The notes under the pieces are model-generated. The model was not told where the DNA came from. It worked only from the letters and a program-made list of their open reading frames with translations, and ran no database searches. Shown piece after piece: positions 40,243 through 49,253 of a stretch of DNA of 64,000 nt. The DNA comes from an uncultured Solibacteraceae bacterium. GTDB taxonomy: Bacteria > Acidobacteriota > Terriglobia > Bryobacterales > Bryobacteraceae. The DNA is taken from positions 18,039-82,038 of the forward strand of contig CAYWXL010000013.1 of assembly GCA_964461995.1 (NCBI GenBank), given 5' to 3'. The number at the start of each line of letters is the position of its first letter. Position 1 is the stretch's first letter. Made by a program: the position numbers and the translations under genes.

Positions 40243-41169
40243 ATGAACCCACGGTCGATCCACGTATTGCTCCTGGCTGACGATCCGGACGAGATTCAAC
40301 TCGTCGAGGAGGCTTTCGAGGAGCTGCGGGAAGTGCAGTTCACGCGCCCGTGGCTGGCTGCCGGGGAGTTCGAGGTGGCCGAGTCTGCGGAGGAGGCGCT
40401 GGAGATGCTGGCCGGAGGCAGGTACGATGCTTTGGTCGCCGACCTGGCGATTCTCGGCGGGAGCGGGAGCGCCTTTTTGCGCCGGGTGAACGAGAAGCTG
40501 CCCGAGCTGCCGGTGCTGTTCCTGGTGGCACACGAGGAGGAGATGGAAGGCTTTTCGCTTCTGCGGCAGGGGGCGCAGGACTGCCTGTTGAAATCCGAAC
40601 TCGACTGCCTTCCCTTGGCACGGGCCCTCCAAGCCTCAATCGAACGCTCCAGGACCCGTGCGGCGCTCCGCAGCGTTTCTCTGATCGACGAACTGACAGG
40701 TTTGTATTCGCGGCGCGGTTTCCTCGAGCTCTCCGAGCGTTTCTTGAGTGTGGCCGAATGGGCCTCTGCTCCGATGCTGCTGCACTTGTTTGCGCTGGAG
40801 AGAGCAGGGGGGGCTGATCCTTTGTCTGCCCATTTCGACCGGGACCTGGCGTTGATTCTTCTCGCGGAGGCGTTGCGGGAGCGCGCCTCGGGGCCGGAGA
40901 TTGCGGGGAGGGTCTCGAACTCCGAGGTCGCCGTGCTGAGCGCCGGGGACGGGAGCGGTTTCGCCGCCGATGATGTAGCGGCGGACGTGGCCCGAAAAAT
41001 CTCGAGGGAGGAAGGAGCCGGCGATGAGGTCGCCCACTCCGGCGCCGGATTGACAATACGCACGGCTACGATCGACGCCGTTCCGGGGACGGCCCCGGCC
41101 GAGCTGCTCTCCGCCGCCCGGGCGGCACTGTGCGAGAATAGGCGGGCGAGGTCCACGGCCTGCCGATGA
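40243..41169 (+). CDS. Response regulator with degenerate GGDEF-like output domain
   Basis: REC features (LLLADDPDE...DALVADL...CLLKS). The GGDEF-domain entry motif DELTGLYSRRGF is present, but the active-site position reads RVSNSEVAV rather than R.GGDEF. Confidence 0.65.
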   Translation: MNPRSIHVLLLADDPDEIQLVEEAFEELREVQFTRPWLAAGEFEVAESAEEALEMLAGGRYDALVADLAILGGSGSAFLRRVNEKLPELPVLFLVAHEEEMEGFSLLRQGAQDCLLKSELDCLPLARALQASIERSRTRAALRSVSLIDELTGLYSRRGFLELSERFLSVAEWASAPMLLHLFALERAGGADPLSAHFDRDLALILLAEALRERASGPEIAGRVSNSEVAVLSAGDGSGFAADDVAADVARKISREEGAGDEVAHSGAGLTIRTATIDAVPGTAPAELLSAARAALCENRRARSTACR

Positions 41170-41199
41170 GAGTCCGAGCGGCGCTGGGCCCCGGGAGGA

Positions 41200-42243
41200 G
41201 TGTTGGATCGGCCGTTGCGGCTTGCACTCGACGCGACTTACGCGGTAGGAACGGAACTCAGCGGCATCGGAGTCTTCTCCCGCGAACTGATTAGCGCGCT
41301 GGCGGAGGTACTTCCCGAAGAGACTCTGGTGCTGGCTTTCCGGCCTCATCGGTTTCTCCGATCCTTTACCTGGCGGACTCCGCCCAATAGCCGGCGGCGG
41401 CTGCTGTTGGAAGGGCGTCCGCTGGCGGGGGTGCGGCTCTTCCATGGCCTGAACCAGCGGCTGCCCGCAGCCCGGTACCCGCACACGGTGAGCACATTCC
41501 ACGACTTGTTCGTGCTCACGGGTGAATATTCCACGCCGGAGTTCCGCGCGCGTTTCGCGCGCCAGGCCCGCGATGCTGCGGAGCGTTCTGAGAGGATCAT
41601 AGCGGTTTCCCGGTTCACCGCCCGCCAGGTGCGGGATCTGCTCGGGGTCGAGGAGGCCCGGCTCCGGGTGGTGCCTCACGGCGTGCATCTTCCGGCGGAG
41701 ATTCCACGGCGGCGCCGGCCGGTGGCGCTTCACGTGGGAGCGATTCAAGCCCGCAAGAACCTCGTCCGGCTCGTCCGGGCGTTCCGATCCATGCCGCCAG
41801 AGTGGCGGCTCGTGTTGGCCGGCGGCAAAGGCTACGGCGCCGAAGAGGTGATGGAGGCGATCGACTCGAGCCCGGTGCGGGAGCGCATCGAAGTATCTGG
41901 TTATGTCGATCGGAAGACGCTTGCCGAGCTTTACGCGACGGCGGGTCTGCTGGCGTTTCCATCACTGGACGAAGGCTTCGGCATCCCGGTGCTCGAGGCC
42001 ATGGCCTGGGGACTGCCCGTGGTGACGTCGAATCGCTCTGCCTTGCCGGAGGTGGGAGGTGAGGCGGTCTGGTACGTGGACCCGCTCAATGAAGATGAAC
42101 TGGCTGAGGCGCTGAGGCGGCTGGCGACAGACGCGGAATTGCGGGACAAGCTTTCGCGGTTGGGGCGGGAACGCGCTGCGAAATTCCGGTGGGAGGATTC
42201 CGCGCGCGGGGTAGCCACCGTCTACGAAGAGGTCGCGGGCTAG
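41200..42243 (+). CDS. Glycosyltransferase family 4 (GT-B)
   Basis: GTG start. GIGVFSRELISAL N-terminus and the C-terminal PSLDEGFGIPVLEAMAWGLPVVTSN (E-x7-E region). Confidence 0.8.
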   Translation: MLDRPLRLALDATYAVGTELSGIGVFSRELISALAEVLPEETLVLAFRPHRFLRSFTWRTPPNSRRRLLLEGRPLAGVRLFHGLNQRLPAARYPHTVSTFHDLFVLTGEYSTPEFRARFARQARDAAERSERIIAVSRFTARQVRDLLGVEEARLRVVPHGVHLPAEIPRRRRPVALHVGAIQARKNLVRLVRAFRSMPPEWRLVLAGGKGYGAEEVMEAIDSSPVRERIEVSGYVDRKTLAELYATAGLLAFPSLDEGFGIPVLEAMAWGLPVVTSNRSALPEVGGEAVWYVDPLNEDELAEALRRLATDAELRDKLSRLGRERAAKFRWEDSARGVATVYEEVAG

Positions 42244-42551
42244 TCGTCCTCGATGGCGATCTTCAGGGCCCGCAAGAACTTCTCGTCCTGGGAAGTCCAC
42301 CGAATGCGGCCGGGGGTCGTCGAAGAAAGAGAAGAACCTTCCTGTTCAGCGTCGCATTCGTGATCTTCGACGTCCGGGTCATCGTCGGCCGAACGTTTGT
42401 TAAAGCCGATCGTGGCTTCCAGGACGAGGAAGACGTCATAACCGGCGCGTTTGATCTCGCCGATCGCACTGGCAATGCGTTCAGAGTCCGACAAGGACTC
42501 GTTGATCGCGTTACCGAGTTCCTCCATCAGTTCTTTCAGTCGCTCGTCCAC
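42240..42551 (-). CDS. Hypothetical small acidic protein
   Basis: 103 aa: MDERLKELMEELGNAINESLSD...DDDPDVEDHECDAEQEG...RWTSQDEKFLRALKIAIEDD. Its stop overlaps the stop of the convergent GT4 gene (CTAG). No domain recognised. Confidence 0.45.
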   Translation of the reverse strand: MDERLKELMEELGNAINESLSDSERIASAIGEIKRAGYDVFLVLEATIGFNKRSADDDPDVEDHECDAEQEGSSLSSTTPGRIRWTSQDEKFLRALKIAIEDD

Positions 42552-42712
42552 CTCAGCCCCCTTCTGTGAGCCAATTCCAGGATAGCACCGCGGCGCTGCC
42601 TCGGGAATAGGACCGCCACGGCAATTCCAGCCGCCAGGGCGAAACGGCGTTTATCGTTTGCGACTTCTGTGGATGCATCTGTCTCTCTCATCGGACGTCA
42701 CCGGCTGCTCCT

Positions 42713-45049
42713 TCACCCTCCCAGCTCGGCGAGGAGCTTCCGGGCGTGGGTGGCCGCCCGTTCGTCGAGTCCTGCGCCCAGCGCGGCTTTCAGTTCCCGG
42801 CGCGCCGGCTCCAGATCGCCGTTCTGGTGGTATGCGAGTGCAAGATGGTAGCGGTAGTCGGCGCGATTCGGGTGCTGTGCGGTTAGTTGGCGGAGCAAGG
42901 TGATGGCGTTCTGGTTGAGGCGCCGCCGGATATAGACGAGCGCCAGCGTGTCCGAGAAGTCGGGATTGTCCGGGTCGAGGGTCATGGCCCGTTGCGCCAG
43001 GTTCATCGCCCGGTCGAGGTCCGTGCCAAGTTCGGCCAGAACGAAGGCGAGATTGTTCAGCGCCACGGGGTTCTCAGGGTCAAGCTCGACGCTCCTTTCC
43101 AGATAAGGACGAGCTTCTTCATATCGTGTCTCGCTAGCCAGCAGAGAACCGTACATCGAAAAAGCTTTGGCTACCGGTGGAACGGCTTTGATCGCGGTCT
43201 GGAGTTCGCGGCGCATGGCCTCAGTGTCTCCGCGACGGGCTGCGATCTGCGCTAGCATCACACGGGCTTCCCCGTTGTTGGGCTCCTGCTCAAGCAGCGT
43301 CTGCAGGTACTGTTCGGCCTTGTCGTCCTGTCCAAGGCGGGCTGCCAGCTTCGCGCCGGCCATCATCAGTCCCGTATGTTCCGGCTGTTTTTTCAGCGCA
43401 TCATCGATTAGTGGGCGGGCCTCACGGAGCCGGCCTTGTCGGGAGAGCAATTGGAAAAGGCCGTCGAGCGCGGCCGCATTGCCAGGGTCGGCCGCGAGCA
43501 CCGTCCGGAAGCCCCGTTCCGCCGTCTTCCATTTACCTTCGAGTAGGTCGGCTTGAGCGGTCAACAGGACCGTACGTAGACGCATGCTGGGGATCCGCCG
43601 AAGCGCGGCCAATTCCTTGCGGGCTTCTTTGAATTCGCGCCGGCCCAGATGTGCGAGAACCAGGCGGATCCGGGCCTCTGCGTCGAACGGCCGTCTGCGC
43701 AAGACTTCCCGGCAAGCGACCTCGGCTAGCGAGTACTCGCGGTTCTGCAAGTGGAGGTCGATGAGTGCATACCGGGCCGGCAGGTACTGCGGGTTGACTT
43801 TCAACGCTTCCCGGAACTGAGCTTCGGCGTTGACCCGGTCGCCGTTGCGCAGCAACGCGCGCCCGTAGTGGAAACGGAGGAGAAAGTCCTCAGGCGCGGA
43901 GGCTATCGCGTTCTTCAGATCTGTCATTCCGGCTTCACGGACCGCTTCGTCGCCGGTCTGAAGCCTCGCCAGCCCACGCAGCCCAACAGCCACGCCGTCA
44001 TCCGGGTTCTCCGCAAGCAACGCCTCGGCTTCTTGGAGTGCGGTTTGCGCATCGCCGGCGGCCAGCAACGCCTGGATGATCCGGCGGCGATAGCGCCGGC
44101 GGACCTTGTCGTCGTCCGTTTCTTCCAATCCGGCACGGTAGTACTCCACGGCGCGTTCGGCTTCGCCTTTCAGGAGACAGTAATCCCCAATCAACTGTTT
44201 GGCGCCGGGGAAAGTCTCCGGGTCCCCGGCGAGCTTGTCGATGATCTTCTGGGATTCTTCGAGCTTGCCGACCTCGTGGTAGTGAGACGCCAGCGCCAGC
44301 CAGTTTCTGGCGTTTCCGGGGATCTTCTCGCACTTCGCCTTTAACACCTGCTCGGCGGCGTTCGCGTCACGCCTGCCGGCGTAAATCAGGTAGAGCAAGT
44401 CGTAGAACCGGGGGGCCTCAGGGTGTTTCTCCAGGTAGTCCCGCGCCAGCCGCTCGGCTTCTCCGTCCGCGCCGGTTCGCACCATGGCCGCGGCTAGTGC
44501 CAGCGTAACAGTGGGGTCCTCCGGCGCGGCCTGGTGGGCCCGGCGAAATAGAGCCAGCGCTTCCTGGTACTCCCCTTGATAGGCCAGAATCTGGCCTTTG
44601 ATCAGGGTCACTTCCATTGCGCCCGGGTGACGCTCTTCGGCTTGGCGCTGCAGATCGAGTAAGGATTGGAGGGTGGCTTCTCGATTCGGCGTCCCGGGCA
44701 TGGCGAGGGTCATGACGTGCAGCTCGGCGAGCTTCCGGAAAGCGTCGAGATTGTCGGGATCCAACTCGAACGCCCGGCGCAGCGCGCTAGCGGCCCCCGA
44801 CCAGCGTTGCATCTCCAAGAAGGTCAGGCCGAGCCGGTAGTAAGCTTCAGCGAACCGCCGGTCTACCTGGATCGCCTTTCTGTACAGCAGAGAGGCCTCG
44901 TCGAACTCCTGCCTGGCGAAATATTTGTTCCCGAGCTCCAGCAGCCGCCGCTTTTGCTCCTCCGTGTCCGTGCCGCAGGCTAGCCCGGCGATGAGCAACG
45001 CCGCCAGCCCCCAGCGCCATGCCGCGGCAGAAAGTCCTCTAGGTTTCAC
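42713..45049 (-). CDS. Large tetratricopeptide-repeat protein with N-terminal signal/lipoprotein-like sequence
   Basis: 778 aa, TPR consensus throughout (A..Y..AL...P....A...LA..Y...G....A). N-terminus LAALLIAGLACGTD. Confidence 0.75.
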   Translation of the reverse strand: MKPRGLSAAAWRWGLAALLIAGLACGTDTEEQKRRLLELGNKYFARQEFDEASLLYRKAIQVDRRFAEAYYRLGLTFLEMQRWSGAASALRRAFELDPDNLDAFRKLAELHVMTLAMPGTPNREATLQSLLDLQRQAEERHPGAMEVTLIKGQILAYQGEYQEALALFRRAHQAAPEDPTVTLALAAAMVRTGADGEAERLARDYLEKHPEAPRFYDLLYLIYAGRRDANAAEQVLKAKCEKIPGNARNWLALASHYHEVGKLEESQKIIDKLAGDPETFPGAKQLIGDYCLLKGEAERAVEYYRAGLEETDDDKVRRRYRRRIIQALLAAGDAQTALQEAEALLAENPDDGVAVGLRGLARLQTGDEAVREAGMTDLKNAIASAPEDFLLRFHYGRALLRNGDRVNAEAQFREALKVNPQYLPARYALIDLHLQNREYSLAEVACREVLRRRPFDAEARIRLVLAHLGRREFKEARKELAALRRIPSMRLRTVLLTAQADLLEGKWKTAERGFRTVLAADPGNAAALDGLFQLLSRQGRLREARPLIDDALKKQPEHTGLMMAGAKLAARLGQDDKAEQYLQTLLEQEPNNGEARVMLAQIAARRGDTEAMRRELQTAIKAVPPVAKAFSMYGSLLASETRYEEARPYLERSVELDPENPVALNNLAFVLAELGTDLDRAMNLAQRAMTLDPDNPDFSDTLALVYIRRRLNQNAITLLRQLTAQHPNRADYRYHLALAYHQNGDLEPARRELKAALGAGLDERAATHARKLLAELGG

Positions 45050-45148
45050 AACCCACAGTATAAGGTAGCTTCAGCCAGCCGGAAGACCGTGGGCCCACAG
45101 CCCGAGAATTCCTTGGCGGCGGGCCTACTGGATTAACGGGGAGCTTCA

Positions 45149-47677
45149 GTGCGCGAACCAATGATCGGACCGGTGACGGCTCTTGTTGCCGGTATCCTGA
45201 TCGGCCGCGCGGGAGATCTGAGCACCGCCGACGCCGTCTTTGCGACCGTCGCCTTCAGCGGCTTGGCGGCTCTCAGCTATCGGGCCGCACGTCAGTGGTT
45301 ACACAAGCTGTGCGTCTTTCTCCTGATCGTTTCGATCGGCGCCGGCACAGTGGTGGTCCACAGCCGCGGCGAACGTCCTGTGATCGATGCCTCGCCGGAC
45401 GAAACGGTCGTCGTCCGAGGTTGTGTGGTGGAGCCCTCAGTGACCGCCCGGGGCTGGCAGGAGTTCGTCGCCGAGTTGGCGCCGGGCGCGCGCGCGCGCG
45501 TTCGAGTCTATTATGAGGAGTCCACACCGCCACCGAAGCTGGCTTACGGCCGCCGGGTGGACATCACAGGCAAGATCCGGCGGCCACGGGGTTTTTGGAA
45601 TCCTGGGGCCTTCGACTATCGGCGCTACCTGGAGCGTCTCGGCATCTACTGGACGATTTCAGTCCGGAGCCCCGCCGACTTAGAACTGCTGCCGGGTGAC
45701 TGTGGTTCTCGATGGTGGGCGCTGGTGCACCGTTTGCGAGCCCGCGCAATCCGGAGGCTTGACCAAGTGTTTCACAGCTATCCGGACGCCGCTCGCCTCT
45801 TACGGGCCGCCCTGTTCGGGGATACATCTTCTTTAGAGGAGCGATGGCTCGACCGCTTTCGTGAGACCGGCGCTTACCACACATTGGTGGTTTCGGGACT
45901 CCACTTGGCGATCCTTGCCGGTCTCGTTCATGTCCTGCTGCGTGTACTGGTCGTCCCACGAGGCTGGAAGGTCGTGACCACGATCGCCCTTGCCTGGGTT
46001 TACGCGCTGTTGACAGGCGGGCGTCTTCCAGTACTACGAGCCGCCTCCGGACTCACGCTATTCCTGATCGGATCCTGGTGTTTCCGGCGGGCGCGGCTGC
46101 TCAATATCCTCGCCACGATCGCTTTCGTGTTTCTGGTGGTCGATCCAGGCCAGCTCTTCGATACCGGTTTCCATCTCTCCTTCCTGGCTGTAGGGGTGAT
46201 CGGCGCTTGGGCCATCCCTCTCATAGAACGAACGACGGCGCCTCTGGCAGCCGCCTTACGGGACTTGGCGGACGATGGCCGTGATCCGGGGCTGCCACCC
46301 AACGTTCAGCGCTGGCGCGTGGAGCTGCGCCTGTTCGCCGAGACGGTCTCGCTTTGGACGCATTGGCCACGGCGGTTCTTAATTCCTGTCCTGGCCGGAA
46401 CGCTGCGGGCCAGTGTGCGCTTGTGGGAGCTAGTTCTGGTCTCGGGGGTGGTTCAGGCAGCCTTGGCCTTACCCCTCGTCATTCACTTCCAGCGTTTCTC
46501 TTGGACCGGCGTGGCAGCGAACCCCGCCGTTGTGCTCGGGATGTCGGTCGCCCTCCAGGCGGGTCTCGTCGCCGTAGTCACCGGTATCCCCACGGCTGCT
46601 TGGGTCGCGGCAGGCGCGGCGGATCTGTGTTTCGGCCTCGTAAAGGAACTCGCCCGCTGGGGAGCCTCCTGGCGGGTGCCGCCGCCGCCCTGCTGGCTCG
46701 CCTTGGGGTTCTTGGCGGCTTTGGTTGCGGGGGCCCTCTGGCTGCGGATGGCGCCGAAGCGGCGCTGGCTCGCATTTCTCGTGCCTGGGGTCCTGCTGGG
46801 GCTGATTCTGACGCACCCCTTCCCACCCAAAATCCACTCTGGGACGTTGGAGCTTACAGTGATCGACGTCGGGCAAGCCGAGAGTTTGTTCTTGGCTTTC
46901 CCTGACGGGCGGACGGCAATCGTGGACGGCGGGCTGCGCCTGTCTGAGGATGGGCGTCCGGTGTTCGATGCGGGCGAGCGTGTCATCGCGCCGTATTTAT
47001 GGCGCCGTTCCATTCGCCGCCTCGACGTGCTCGTCTCCACCCACGGTCATCTGGACCACATCGGCGGCCTCTCGACCTTGGTGCATCTATTCCGTCCAAA
47101 GCAGCTCTGGCTCGGGGCGGCCGCCGCCGATCCAGCTACTACGTCACTAGTGGCGGAGGCCCGGCGTTTGGGAGTGGAAGTAGTGCGCCTGGCGGCGGGA
47201 GAGCGGTTCTCGTATGGCGGGGCGGAGTTGCGAGTCTTGGCGCCGGACCCAGGCCAGGGCGGTGGCCCGGCAGCTCACAATGACGACTCTCTGGTGCTTC
47301 ACGTCCGGTACGGCAGCCGGGCTTTCTTGCTGACAGGCGACATCGAGGCGGTCGAGCGCCGCATCGCCGCCTCCGGTCTGCCCCGGGCGGCGGTGCTCAA
47401 GGTGCCGCACCACGGCAGCAAGACTTCCACCAGCGCCGAGCTCTTGCGGGCTATCCGTCCAGCGTTCGCCGCGATATCGGCCGGGTATGGGAACCCGTAC
47501 CGGTTTCCCTCTACGGCTGTACTCGAGAGGCTGGCAGCGGCGCGGGTGTTGACATTCTGCACCAGCCGCAACGGGCTGATCTCCTTCGGAACCGACGGGT
47601 GGCGGGTCTGGGCGAAGCCTCTGAGGTGGACTGTTCCGAACCCGGCTCCGGCGGGCAGGGTCGCGCGATCCCGGTGA
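45149..47677 (+). CDS. comEC: DNA internalization-related competence protein ComEC/Rec2
   Basis: N-terminal OB/DUF4131-like region, polytopic competence domain (TGAYHTLVVSGLHLAIL), and C-terminal MBL domain (VIDVGQAES...VLVSTHGHLDHIGG...VPHHGS). Confidence 0.85.
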   Translation: MREPMIGPVTALVAGILIGRAGDLSTADAVFATVAFSGLAALSYRAARQWLHKLCVFLLIVSIGAGTVVVHSRGERPVIDASPDETVVVRGCVVEPSVTARGWQEFVAELAPGARARVRVYYEESTPPPKLAYGRRVDITGKIRRPRGFWNPGAFDYRRYLERLGIYWTISVRSPADLELLPGDCGSRWWALVHRLRARAIRRLDQVFHSYPDAARLLRAALFGDTSSLEERWLDRFRETGAYHTLVVSGLHLAILAGLVHVLLRVLVVPRGWKVVTTIALAWVYALLTGGRLPVLRAASGLTLFLIGSWCFRRARLLNILATIAFVFLVVDPGQLFDTGFHLSFLAVGVIGAWAIPLIERTTAPLAAALRDLADDGRDPGLPPNVQRWRVELRLFAETVSLWTHWPRRFLIPVLAGTLRASVRLWELVLVSGVVQAALALPLVIHFQRFSWTGVAANPAVVLGMSVALQAGLVAVVTGIPTAAWVAAGAADLCFGLVKELARWGASWRVPPPPCWLALGFLAALVAGALWLRMAPKRRWLAFLVPGVLLGLILTHPFPPKIHSGTLELTVIDVGQAESLFLAFPDGRTAIVDGGLRLSEDGRPVFDAGERVIAPYLWRRSIRRLDVLVSTHGHLDHIGGLSTLVHLFRPKQLWLGAAAADPATTSLVAEARRLGVEVVRLAAGERFSYGGAELRVLAPDPGQGGGPAAHNDDSLVLHVRYGSRAFLLTGDIEAVERRIAASGLPRAAVLKVPHHGSKTSTSAELLRAIRPAFAAISAGYGNPYRFPSTAVLERLAAARVLTFCTSRNGLISFGTDGWRVWAKPLRWTVPNPAPAGRVARSR

Positions 47678-47694
47678 AGGATGCTGCCGGAGCG

Positions 47695-48189
47695 CTAGTG
47701 CTCGTCAGCGCGTTCTGCCTCTTCGGCGGCTTCCGGCCCTGCCTCCTGCGCTTCAGCGAGGATCTTGCGCGCTAAGTCCAAATGTTTCCGGGGGACTTTC
47801 ACCACGAAGCGGAGGTTGGGGTACTGCGGCGGGCTGATGAAAACGGTAGGAATCCCGTTCGCCTCCAAGACGCTTCGGACTCCCAGAGCCTCGACCTCCG
47901 CTGTCGCGCCGATGGCGCTGAAAATAGTTACCGGATCCAGGTCGTGCGAGGCATCGCCTTTCTCGGCCGGTGACTCCTCAGCCGCACGAATGATCTCTTC
48001 GGCCTTTGCGGCCTGTTCGGCCGGCACTCGCACTTCGAAGGCCCCGAGGGGCACGCCGGGTGCGGAATCGTCAACGATGACCGGAGAAAGACCCGCGTCT
48101 GCCAGCAGGTCGTAGACGTCGTGGACCTCGTCTTTGGCCGAAGGATCGGCGGACCGGTAGACGACCACCTGTTCCTGGTCCGAGTTCAT
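47695..48189 (-). CDS. Hypothetical protein with two DUF2007-like modules
   Basis: Two similar halves (VVVYRSADPS..A..V.DLLADAGLSPVIVDD and VTIFSAIG...EALGVRSVLEANGIPTVFI). The assignment is tentative. Confidence 0.45.
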   Translation of the reverse strand: MNSDQEQVVVYRSADPSAKDEVHDVYDLLADAGLSPVIVDDSAPGVPLGAFEVRVPAEQAAKAEEIIRAAEESPAEKGDASHDLDPVTIFSAIGATAEVEALGVRSVLEANGIPTVFISPPQYPNLRFVVKVPRKHLDLARKILAEAQEAGPEAAEEAERADEH

Positions 48190-48304
48190 AACCTGAGCAT
48201 ATCACTGGTCCGCCGGCGCCGGTATCCGCGCAGCACGACGGCCGTTGTCCGTCCTCGGGCTGAGCATCCTTTTCCATTCGGTTCCTGGCCAGCACACGCT
48301 GCGC

Positions 48305-48334
48305 TTGACGCCGCTCCAAGCGCCTCCCTACAAT
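48305..48334 (+). promoter_or_regulatory. Sigma70-type promoter upstream of tatA
   Basis: TTGACG (48305-48310), an 18-nt spacer, then TACAAT (48329-48334). AAGGAGG at 48347-48353 precedes the ATG. Confidence 0.5.
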
Positions 48335-48357
48335 GAAGGTGTCTTCAAGGAGGCCGC

Positions 48358-48531
48358 ATGAGATCAATTGGCTTGCCGGAGCTTCTCATCATCCTGGGAA
48401 TCGCCGTGCTTCTGTTCGGCGGGCGAAAGATTCCCGAAGTGGCCAAAGGGCTCGGGGAAGGAATCCGGAATTTCAAGACCGCCCTCAAAGGCGAGGACAA
48501 GCCGGAAGAGGCTGAGAAGAAGCAGGCCTGA
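48358..48531 (+). CDS. tatA: Twin-arginine translocase subunit TatA/E (57 aa; below the ORF-track length cutoff)
   Basis: My own translation gives [57 protein letters not shown]. This has the TatA architecture: TM helix, FG hinge, amphipathic helix. A strong SD lies upstream. Confidence 0.85.
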   Translation: MRSIGLPELLIILGIAVLLFGGRKIPEVAKGLGEGIRNFKTALKGEDKPEEAEKKQA

Positions 48532-48573
48532 ATCGCCGCAGGCGCCGCCTGCAGCGGGACCGGTTTCGTGAAG

Positions 48574-48604
48574 AAAACCCCGCGAGGGCGACTCGCGGGG
48601 TTTT
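48574..48604. terminator. Bidirectional intrinsic terminator between tatA (+) and the HU gene (-)
   Basis: AAAA-CCCCGCGAG-ggcga-CTCGCGGGG-TTTT. A 9-bp GC stem with A- and T-tracts on either side. Confidence 0.75.
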
Positions 48605-48630
48605 CGTTTTGAGTCTTCGTTTCCCGGCTG

Positions 48631-48948
48631 CTACTTTTTCTTCTTCCGCGGGGGGACGATGGCCTCCTTGCATGCTTTGGAGACCGTGAACTTCACCACC
48701 TTCTTGGCCGGGATCCTGATCTTCTCGCCCGTTTGCGGATTGCGGCCGATGCGGGCTTTACGCTCCACCTTCTTCAGTCGGCCGATCCCGGGCAGCACGA
48801 AGACTCCGTTTTTCTTGGTTTCGGCGATTGCGATGTCCGCGTAAGCCTGAATGATCTCTTTCGCCACTTTGTTCGTGATACCGCCTACTTCGGCGATCTT
48901 CTTGACGAACTCAGTCTGCGTCATCTTCTTCTTGGTCGTCGTTGCCAT
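48631..48948 (-). CDS. HU/IHF-family DNA-binding protein with Lys-rich N- and C-terminal extensions
   Basis: MTQTEFVKKIAE...GFG.F-type arm (LPGIGRLKKVERKARIGRNPQTGEKIRIPAKKVVKF) and a C-terminal PPRKKKK tail. Confidence 0.85.
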   Translation of the reverse strand: MATTTKKKMTQTEFVKKIAEVGGITNKVAKEIIQAYADIAIAETKKNGVFVLPGIGRLKKVERKARIGRNPQTGEKIRIPAKKVVKFTVSKACKEAIVPPRKKKK

Positions 48949-49253
48949 AGCTTGATCTGTCTCCCAATGAAATCTTGTCCCGCCCTCTTTCGAGGAGGGC
49001 GCCCGCCACGAAAAACCTGAGACGGCCGATGCTACCGGGCCGCTTCAGGCTTCGTTTACACCCGCTTCGGTACCGTTCGGGTAAGCGGCTGATTAATGAT
49101 AAAAGATCTACGCCGCACCTGTAAAGAGAAAAGTGCTCCAGAGCCGCTTTTTTTGCGGGTCTGAGCGCCTCGGGGCCTCCGTCGCCCTGTTTTGACGCAC
49201 CTTTGAGCATCACCGGCGCGGGTCATTGTAAAGCGAACGGTCGCGGGACGAAT

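Noticed and set aside
40296-41748. Several long minus-strand ORFs (286, 238 and 370 aa) across the RR-GGDEF and GT4 genes
   Set aside because: They are mutually overlapping, Ser/Arg/Pro/Ala-rich, and antisense to genes with recognisable domains.
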